From positions 1-64,000 of the IMG/VR virus record IMGVR_UViG_3300028833_000067: 64,000 bases of DNA; one strand, given 5' to 3'. Under the pieces are notes generated by a model that had not been told where the DNA came from, did no database searches, and was given only the letters and a program-made list of their open reading frames with translations. Both the position numbers and the translations under genes were made by a program. Positions within the stretch are counted from its first letter, which is position 1; the number at the start of each line of letters is the position of its first letter. Source of the DNA: a virus. Taxonomy: Duplodnaviria > Caudoviricetes. Below are positions 56,249-64,000 of this stretch, piece by piece.

Positions 56249-57499
56249 TCACCATAATGGAATAATATCTACTGTTTTAGTATATTCCTCGCCTTGATAA
56301 GTTGCAATTAAAACAACTGATCCTAATTTATTTTTTGCATTAGCATGAAGAATATATTTATTAGAAATTTTTTCCCCATTATCATCTAATGCTTGTGTTA
56401 AAGTAGCATAATCAGAAGGTGGCCTTTTTGCATGAGGATCTTCTTGAATCTCGAAAGTAACTTCTTCATTATTAATAGTTCCATCATCAGTTACTAAACT
56501 ATATGATTCTTTACGATTAAGCCGCAATTTATCTGCTCCTTTAATATATGCAACCAATTTAGTTTCAATAGGATTAATAGTAATTTCAACTGTCTTTGTA
56601 ACTGCGGGCCGATTCTTTAATTGCATTGTAATAATACATTGGCCAGGACCAATAGCCTAAAATGTATCATCAATAAAATTACAATCATCTGGTTTAATTA
56701 AATTAATTTCCCACTAATTTAATGTACCCGCTTCAAACTTAGGAACAATCTAATCTCCAACTTTATATAATGTTGGTAGTTCAGGAAATTTATATTTATC
56801 TGTTGCGGCAACATCTAAATCTCTATCATCATACTAATAATTAACTTTACTTTCTGTTAATGACATATATACAATTCCCTCAACACTAGTCCAATCGCAT
56901 TCAATCACGACCCAACCTTCATTTTCAATAATAAAAGTGACTCCGCGCATTAATTCATCATAATCCGCACTTCCTTCTTTAAAAGAAGGCCGCGGCATAA
57001 TAATTTCCGCAAATTTATTTGGCTGAGGAGAAATTAAGCTGTGCCACATTCTAAAATTTCCCTTTACTTTACTATCTACTGAGCTAACAGCATAAGCCCA
57101 AGATTTATGTAAATATCCCTCAGTATCAATCCATTTTAACTCATAATTGCATTTAATAATCTAAAATGTCTAATATTGTTCATGCACCTTATGTTCTTTC
57201 TATAATAAAAGCCATTTTTCAATAGCTCCATTATCTTGTCTCCATGTAAGTATGTCTCCAACTTGTATTGGTATATCAAGCGCAACATACAAATACATGA
57301 TTTTCTTTTCTTCCTTATCTTTATTAGTTTGAATTATACCGCTGAAATATAATCCACGTTCTACAGATAAGTCTTCAATAGTAAAAGCAGAACGAGCCAT
57401 CCATTTTTCAAAAGCTAAAATTCCGCTATTTTTCATTCGGTCTGCATATGTTTCTCCAAAATGATTAACACGGGAAAAGTAAACATCAAGGTAATTCAT
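56249..57499 (-). CDS. Putative head-closure/neck protein with C-terminal Ig-like domains (TAG=Gln), 416 aa
   Basis: Three track fragments in one frame. IQVGDILTW...WLL...IIKCNYELKW. Confidence 0.65.
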
Positions 57500-57821
57500 T
57501 AGGCATATTTAAGCCACTTACTAAATTAATACATTCAAAGATGGTTTTTCTAAAATGTTCATAAGATAAATATTTTAACATTCCCATCTTCCCTCGAAGT
57601 GGCCACCAGTTAATTGAATTAGCCCCAAGGCCATCAATTTCAATTTTTAATGAATCTAAAAACTTTTCCCATTCTCCATCTTTTTCGCGCTCGCAAAGAA
57701 GCCCATATAAACGCCCTTTTAATTTATTTTTATATCCATCAAATGTAGCATTAGCTATGCTATTTTTTTCCTGCTAGCTATCTAAAGATTCCTGCAGGGG
57801 CGTGTCCTCTAGATTTATCAT
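57486..57821 (-). CDS. Small neck-region hypothetical protein (TAG=Gln), 111 aa
   Basis: ATG 57821 with GAAGGAG upstream, one TAG. FDGYKNKLKGRLYGLLCERE...FRKTIFECINL. Start uncertain. Confidence 0.6.
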
Positions 57822-58242
57822 AATCGTCTTTTGCTCCTTCACATTCTATAGCAACTCTAGCTTCCATATCATTTAATTTATCTAAATGATTTGCGGCAGA
57901 AAAATCTTTTGAAGTATATAATTGACCGATATGTTCCCAGCTTGCAACGCAACGTTTAATCCATTCATGCTTCATATATGTAGCAAGTACTTGGATTTCA
58001 GCATTAGTAAGCTCTTCTTTAAACTAATATATTTTTAATTGTGAAGAAGTCTCAGAATCTTCAGCGGGAGATACTTCTTCATAATCTAAACTCACACGTG
58101 GATATTTAAACCGAGCAATGGCCATTTTGAGAAGTTCTTGCCAGTCTCGTTCTACGATAGCTAACTCTTCTTCTAATGTCCACTCGTCCGCGGTTATGCG
58201 TGCGAGAAATGCATCATAAACTTTTAAGAAGGGTGTTGCCAT
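57751..58242 (-). CDS. Putative head-tail adaptor (TAG=Gln), 163 aa
   Basis: MATPFLKVYDAFLARIT...LTNAEIQVLATYMKHEW...KDFSAANHL. Two track fragments in frame. Confidence 0.7.
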
Positions 58243-58248
58243 TTTTCA

Positions 58249-58689
58249 TCACTTCTCTTCTGCGTCATGCTTCGCGGCAATAGCCTGAATTACATCAACA
58301 TCGCAGTATTTTTTAATTAGGGCCACAATACCCGCATTGGTGATCTTATGCTCTACAGCAAGAGTAACGGCACTTTCTTTTTCTGCATCAGTCGCATGTG
58401 GAATAAACTTAGCAAATGCAGTTACATCACCTTTAACTAACATCTTTTCAATTTCAGAAGCTTCAAATACATTTTCAACAACTTCTACTTGTTTTTCTTC
58501 TTCTAAACCATTAACCTTAATATAATGTCCATTAACAAGAGACATAAATCCAGTATCAAAAGTCATTTCTTCATATTCCTCATCACTGACTGGAATCTCG
58601 CGTCCTGGCATTAATTCACGATTAAAACGAATAGCCGGAAAATATAATGAAACTAAACTTGTACTAATATTTTTAATTGTAATAGCCAT
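58249..58689 (-). CDS. Hypothetical protein following major capsid protein
   Basis: 146 aa, AAGGAGG SD, no TAG. Confidence 0.75.
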   Translation of the reverse strand: MAITIKNISTSLVSLYFPAIRFNRELMPGREIPVSDEEYEEMTFDTGFMSLVNGHYIKVNGLEEEKQVEVVENVFEASEIEKMLVKGDVTAFAKFIPHATDAEKESAVTLAVEHKITNAGIVALIKKYCDVDVIQAIAAKHDAEEK

Positions 58690-58712
58690 AATTGTTCCTC
58701 CTTTTATCTCCG

Positions 58713-58749
58713 AAAAGAAATCTGGGAGGGAGGGATTACCTCCCTCCCA
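58713..58749 (-). terminator. Intrinsic terminator after major capsid gene
   Basis: TGGGAGGGAGG/CCTCCCTCCCA stem plus U-rich tract. Confidence 0.8.
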
Positions 58750-58761
58750 TTATATTACTAA

Positions 58762-59862
58762 TTAGTTAGTAATTGTAGTATTTGCCATTAATGCTGTATT
58801 TTCGGTTTCCCAACCACTACCCTGAGATAGTGCAGCATTGTAATAGATACCCCAATAGTTAGGAGTAGTAAATAGACCAACGCCAACCTTTACATAACCC
58901 TGTAGTACAAAGCTATTATCGCCCTCATGGTCATCCCACTCACGGAAGTAAGGAGAGCCTTCGAAAGCCATCTTAATAATCTTTTCCTTGCCAGCAGGTA
59001 GTACATAAGCAAAGGCAGGATTGAACTGTAGCTTAGTATTGGTTTCATCAGTCCAAGACTGTGGCATTACAACAACAGGAGTGCCATAGAACTTGCCAAT
59101 GTAACCACGATCACGGATTTCTTGCATATCAACATCAGATAGCTTTACTGTAGTGGTACTATTAACATTATATACTAATGCATTTACCATTTCAGCCGCG
59201 AACTCAGGAGTGCAATAAATAATTGGGCTGCCATAAGGAGCAACAGTGTTGCATAGTTTCTTCATAGCAGTAGGATTGAACTGATTGGTTGCAACCTTGT
59301 TGCGAGCTGGACGGCCAGCAGCATTCCAAGAATTGAGTAAGCAACCCTGAACCATTTCAAATAGACGATCAACAATACCTTCCTGGATGACTTCATAAAT
59401 ATCGGTCATGGATTCTAGACCATCGAGATAACGCTCGAAGTCTACATATCCAGCACCACCAATGGCCTGAATATATAGATCGAAACGATCACGATCTAGA
59501 CGGAAGGTTTCATAGTTACCAGATTCAGTGGCGCGAGTAACGAACTGCTTACCACGAATCTTGCCGCGAGTTACACGGAACTCTGGGCGCTGGCCCTGAG
59601 CATAATTCTTTACTTCAACGAACATATCAAGAGCACTCTTGACATTCTGTGGTAGAACTTCCTGTAGATTTTCTTCTAGTAGTTCAAATACATCTTCTTT
59701 ATTACGATTGAAGACGTGACGATTGAAGTGTACGCCATCCTTTGTCATTAGCTTGGCTAATTCATCACGGAGAGCGGCTTCATAATCATAATTTTCTGCT
59801 GCGAATTCAGCAGGAACGGCACGACCAAATACGCCGTTCATTAATACATGTAGCTTATTCAT
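58762..59862 (-). CDS. Major capsid protein
   Basis: About 366 aa, GGGAGG SD at 59871-59876, optimised codons, position after scaffold/decoration, GYIGKFYGTPVVVM. No TAG. Confidence 0.85.
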   Translation of the reverse strand: MNKLHVLMNGVFGRAVPAEFAAENYDYEAALRDELAKLMTKDGVHFNRHVFNRNKEDVFELLEENLQEVLPQNVKSALDMFVEVKNYAQGQRPEFRVTRGKIRGKQFVTRATESGNYETFRLDRDRFDLYIQAIGGAGYVDFERYLDGLESMTDIYEVIQEGIVDRLFEMVQGCLLNSWNAAGRPARNKVATNQFNPTAMKKLCNTVAPYGSPIIYCTPEFAAEMVNALVYNVNSTTTVKLSDVDMQEIRDRGYIGKFYGTPVVVMPQSWTDETNTKLQFNPAFAYVLPAGKEKIIKMAFEGSPYFREWDDHEGDNSFVLQGYVKVGVGLFTTPNYWGIYYNAALSQGSGWETENTALMANTTITN

Positions 59863-59877
59863 AAGTCGCACCTCCCA

Positions 59878-60480
59878 TTATCCTAGACTTACAATCTGAT
59901 ACTTAACGCCCTTTCCGCCGTTAGGTATAGTGTAGTATTTTACAACCTTTGCATAAGTGCCAGACTGTGGCTTAGTAGCAGTTAGCTGTGGAACAGGACT
60001 ACCAGCTACAGGAGCAACATACATAGGAGTAGTATCAATAGCATTTAATGCTGTCTCAAGAGCAGCAAAAGTAGCATATGTAGATTCATCATACTGTAAG
60101 CAGTTAGTGGTTACAGTATCGCCAAGACCAAAGATACCAACACGAGGATAATCCCCAGCGATCTTGCGGCCAAAGCGTTGTAGACCATAGTGTTCACGGT
60201 CATATTCTTTTTCTGTAGTATAAACAATACCAATGGGAGAATCGGTTGCAGCAGCAGGAGCATTAATAGCGCCAGCGGCCTTATCAGCAACAACCCACAT
60301 ACCATTTTCACAAGGATTGGCCTTGGTGAAAGCAGCTCCGAGAGGAGTCTGAGAAACTACCATACCAGTCTTTGGGAATGCTACCTGGTTTAGTTCTAGG
60401 CTGGCATATAGCTTTTCATCGGGATCACGATGCTGATCAACTAGATCGCCCACAACATTAGTAATAGGAAATCTTGTCAT
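59878..60480 (-). CDS. Capsid decoration/minor capsid protein
   Basis: 200 aa between scaffold and capsid. LELNQVAF, ENGMW, GDTVTTN. No TAG. Confidence 0.65.
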   Translation of the reverse strand: MTRFPITNVVGDLVDQHRDPDEKLYASLELNQVAFPKTGMVVSQTPLGAAFTKANPCENGMWVVADKAAGAINAPAAATDSPIGIVYTTEKEYDREHYGLQRFGRKIAGDYPRVGIFGLGDTVTTNCLQYDESTYATFAALETALNAIDTTPMYVAPVAGSPVPQLTATKPQSGTYAKVVKYYTIPNGGKGVKYQIVSLG

Positions 60481-60493
60481 AGTTTATTCCTCC

Positions 60494-61138
60494 TTAGTTC
60501 TTGCGATATTTTTCCATAAATAACGCGAATTCATCAACAACGGGTTCTGGTAGTGGAACTACTTTGTTGTCAGCACTGCCAGCCATGTGTTTATCAGCAT
60601 AGCAAATTGCGAGTTTGCTCTTTAATTCATCAAGACTGAAATTATTCATTTCTTCACGAATTGGGCTGATTTCTTCCTCAGTTAAGTCAGTTGCGAACTG
60701 CTCAATTAAGGCATTTTTTTGTTCTACTTCTAAACGAGTGCGCTCGGCTTCATAGGTAGCAATCTCATTACGCAAGGTAGCTTCAGTCTCAGACGCGGAT
60801 GTTATCTGGGCCTCAAGTTCTTGAATACGAGTTTGAGCATTCTCATAATTAGTAGTCATTTCATTTAATTGATTCTCAAGCTCAGCGATACGAGCTTCAA
60901 AATCGGGTGCGGGTTCAGCCGCGGGTTCAGGCTCCGTAGCAGCTGGCTCTGCGGGCTCAGCCGCAGGTTCAACTGATTCAGCAGCAGATTCATCAGCAGC
61001 AAAATCTTCTGCTGGCTCTGCGGCTGGCTCTGCAGCTGGTTCGGCCGCAGGCTCCACTGGAGCTACTGGCTCCTGATTTACAGGTTCTTCCTGTACAGGA
61101 GTGGGTTCATTTACTTCGGGATTTACAACATTTTCCAT
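60494..61138 (-). CDS. Nested in-frame scaffolding protein, 214 aa
   Basis: Internal AGAAGGAGGGG SD just upstream of ATG 61138 (MENVVNPE...). Confidence 0.65.
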   Translation of the reverse strand: MENVVNPEVNEPTPVQEEPVNQEPVAPVEPAAEPAAEPAAEPAEDFAADESAAESVEPAAEPAEPAATEPEPAAEPAPDFEARIAELENQLNEMTTNYENAQTRIQELEAQITSASETEATLRNEIATYEAERTRLEVEQKNALIEQFATDLTEEEISPIREEMNNFSLDELKSKLAICYADKHMAGSADNKVVPLPEPVVDEFALFMEKYRKN

Positions 61139-61798
61139 TTGATGTTCCCCTCCTTCTGTTGGTTGTTTTTCAGCCTCTTCAACTTTAGCCTTCAAATCAG
61201 CCAATAGAGAAGAGAACTTTTCATATTGAGATGTATATGTATCATCATTCTTACTAAAGAAAGAAGATACAGAAAAACATGGTTCATGATCACCTATAAT
61301 ACATAAACCCATGATTTCAGCTTTGGTATAAACAAAATATTCAGTGTTATCAATATTTGCCCAATCGCCTTCAATTGAATTTATATCAAGTTCCATAGAT
61401 TGATGTTGTCCAATTACAAAATTGGCTTCATTGAAGTATTTAGTAAATAATACTACAGAAAAAACAGCATAATCGCGTTCTATTCCATCAGTATCTTTAA
61501 ATGGCTGCCAGCCATCAAACTATTCAACATAACCATAAGCGCTCGCAAGAGTTGGACCTGTATGACTTGCCCAACCTTGAGATTCAGGATCAAAAAATCC
61601 AACTACTGGAGTATCACCCTTAGTTGCGCTATTAATTAGCATTTCTGCAACATCATCCTTAATATAAGAACCATTGCGATTGCCATATTTAGTAAAAACG
61701 CCAACTTTTAATCTATTGAGGTTAGAAGAACCATTGATAGATTCAGCAGGAGACATTATAATAGCATTATCAAAATAAATAGGAATATTTCTTTTCAT
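60494..61798 (-). CDS. Prohead protease-scaffold fusion (TAG=Gln), 434 aa
   Basis: A single TAG (61520-61522) joins two fragments. NRNGSYI...QSMEL...GLCIIG..EPCF, then acidic PAAE repeats and coiled coil. Confidence 0.8.
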
Positions 61799-61814
61799 AA
61801 TATAATTCGCCTCC

Positions 61815-63359
61815 TTAACTCATACTATCAATATTTGCTTGCGTTTTTTGCGATCTATCTTCATCAGCAAGCGTTGGTCTTCCGCCCTTATTAGTGATGT
61901 CTTTCGGCTAACCTGAACTACTACTATTTTTTTCTCCAGAATTATTTTTTTTCTGAGAATTTTCATCACCAGATTGTGTATAAGATGATGATAATGGACG
62001 CATTTTTTCGCCTAAGTTTAAAAATTCATTTTCAAAGTCTACTGTGCTTACTAAGCTGCGTTGTTTAATTCCCATCGCAGCAGCAACACGCATTCTTGGA
62101 TAACCAAATTGCGCCATTGATAAGTAGTAATCTTTATAGTCTTTAATATTAAATTTTGTTACTGGTAAAATTTCAAAATCAAAAGTTAAACCTGTGCGAC
62201 TAAAGCGGCTATTAATTAAGAATTTAATCCAAGTAGCATATGCGTTCATGTATTCTTGCATTACGCTTTCTAAACGTTTAATAACATATGCTAAAGATGA
62301 ACTATTATCTGCATTAAAGAATAATTTACTACTTCCTAAAGAGTCCCATGCATTATCACTATATTTTTCAATACGACTATTTGCCTAGTTAGCTGCGGAG
62401 GAATCTTGTAAATTTTCTAATGTTGCATCTCCAAGCGTTGTTAATACATCTACTGTATCTAAGTCTTGTAGCATTGCGGCAATTCCAGCATGAATTTCCG
62501 CGATTTCATCTAATTCAAATACTAAATGACCATTGCTATCAGTAGGCATTTTATGAATTAATAACTTATATAGTTCATTTTCATCGCGCTTTTCTTCACG
62601 CTTTACAGCATCTTTCAATTTAGCAAGTTCAGGGATAGATGCTACAAGTAATGGTGTAGTGTCTTCTGAGAAGCAGAAAACAATTCCACCCGCACTTGCT
62701 GGTACCATTATCCATGGATCAGTTAATTTATTCGCCTTATATAGTTTCCATCCTTGTTGAATAGCAGGCGGGAAATTAAGTAAAGCAGCATCACGTATTT
62801 TCTCATCTTCATATTTAGTTAAGAAATAAGTAATATTAAACTCTAAAATACAAAGATTATTAAAGTCTTTTAATCGTGTGCGGCAATATTCCTATGGTAA
62901 ATCCTATACAACCACTTTATTACCGTGTTCTTGTAGAATACCATAATATATCCCCGATTTTAACCATTCGCGCGTAATACGTGTCAATGTATTCTTAATA
63001 TCTAAAGCTTCAACAAAACTACAAGCATTATAGAATGCTTTTATAATTTGCGTTTTAGAACCTTTACCAGTTTCATAGATAGGAGTTACTAGTGTTTCAT
63101 ATAAAAAGAGTGTTGCAAGAAAATTGATATTATTGCGGTAGCGACCATTTGTTCTATAATAATATCGAGATAATTCACGAATAGCTGAAATCTCACCAGA
63201 GCGAATTATTTCTTCTATTTCTTCTATAGTGAAATCTCTATTAATTACACTATTCGTTCTATGGCCGCCCCAGCGAGAGAGGCGTTCACGAGAATCAATA
63301 GGAACATAATTAATACGGAACTATGGTCTTGCAAACATAGCTTTAAAATCCTAACTCAC
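61815..63359 (-). CDS. Portal protein (TAG=Gln), 514 aa
   Basis: GTG start after AGGAGGTG. IRELSRYYYRTNGRY, QDLPQEYCRTR, PLSSSYTQSG...GGRP. Lies between terminase and protease. Confidence 0.85.
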
Positions 63360-63364
63360 AAAAA

Positions 63365-64000
63365 TCACCTCCTACTTTTAGGAGTAAAGAAACCAAATGA
63401 ACCAATATTCTTTTTTCTGCGTTTAAAAATTTCTTTATCTTCATAATATTTAATTCTATACATCGCATATTCTAGTGCGCTAAAACGGTCTTTTTCAATT
63501 GATTTTGAAATGCGTTCGACTTTATATTTATTCTCTACGCCAGTGGGCTTTAGCCGCAAATTGTTAAGTTCATCCATAAGACGAGAAGTCATTTCATATG
63601 GTAATAAAAATACTCGTCTATCATATGATGTCATTCTCTAACCTTTTTTTGTTTTAATTAACTTATCTTTAACAACACGTTCATGCGCCAAAAAAGAAGT
63701 TGATCCGTTATTAACAGCAGTAAGAAATGCCGCATGAATTTCATCTTCATTAGAGGCAGAAGCTTTTATATCGTATATAATAGCATTATATTTAATATTA
63801 GGTTCTTCCACTTCATCATGCATTTCTGGCGGTAAGTGGTTCTCATTATTAAAGGTGAAGTATGCGGGAAATTGTTCTCCTGTTTTTGCGTCAAAAGAAG
63901 GTAAAACCATCGCATCCATAAGACCGATACCTGGGCCGTTACCATCAATAACAATCTCTTTAGGATGATATAATTCAATTAATTTTTTAATACGTGGCGC
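63365..64000 (-). CDS. terL: Terminase large subunit, C-terminal nuclease part (partial; TAG=Gln)
   Basis: IVIDGNGPGIGLMD, KDRFSALEYA. One TAG at 63638. Directly upstream of the portal. Confidence 0.85.

Noticed and set aside
57755-57775. prfB-like programmed frameshift at GCA GGA AAA AAA TAG C
   Set aside because: The geometry is suggestive, but an in-frame ATG with SD at 57821 explains the downstream ORF without a shift.
60905-61070. PAAE-type repeat as a separate repeat element
   Set aside because: Low-complexity linker inside the scaffold protein.
27762-63446. Plus-strand track ORFs in the structural arm (e.g. 27762-28103, 29622-30092, 38991-39362) and minus-strand ORFs in the replication arm
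   Set aside because: Antisense shadows of real genes, with no SD sites or motifs.
27314-64000. Structural region as a decayed prophage full of pseudogenes
   Set aside because: The breaks examined are all TAG, fragments stay in frame over 8-16 kb, and SD sites and TAA/TGA ends are intact.
2343-64000. TAG as pyrrolysine or selenocysteine-like special insertion
   Set aside because: TAG is abundant, interchanges with CAG/CAA in repeats, and no pyl genes are seen.
1-64000. Suppressor tRNA, release factor, DGR reverse transcriptase, integrase, lysis cassette
   Set aside because: None recognised by eye, and intergenic gaps are mostly too short. They probably lie outside the window. tRNAscan-SE would confirm.

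Overview
A 64-kb segment of a large, AT-rich, long-tailed (siphovirus-like) phage, probably of an anaerobic Firmicutes host (consensus sigma-A promoters, GGAGG SD sites, class III RNR). The phage reads TAG as glutamine (genetic code 15), which is why the code-11 ORF track is fragmented. The + strand (1-27.3 kb) carries DNA metabolism: type II topoisomerase B/A, SSB-like, Sak4-like ATPase, helicase, primase, RecJ, DnaE, nrdD split by a group I intron with an HNH endonuclease, nrdG, a formate/nitrite channel, a membrane-anchored GIY-YIG nuclease, an inserted endonuclease, dUTPase and RuvC. The - strand (27.3-64 kb) carries morphogenesis: terminase end, portal, protease/scaffold, capsid, neck, two tail-tube paralogues, a ~5,230-aa tape measure, Dit and a ~2,640-aa tail-tip protein. 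TAG use is structured. Core replication enzymes and high-copy virion proteins have no TAG, whereas a regulator, most nucleases, the mobile endonucleases and low-copy virion proteins need TAG read-through. No tRNA, release factor, CRISPR array, integrase or lysis gene was recognised. Recoded ORFs were rebuilt by hand, and the two giant ones were frame-checked and spot-checked rather than fully translated.
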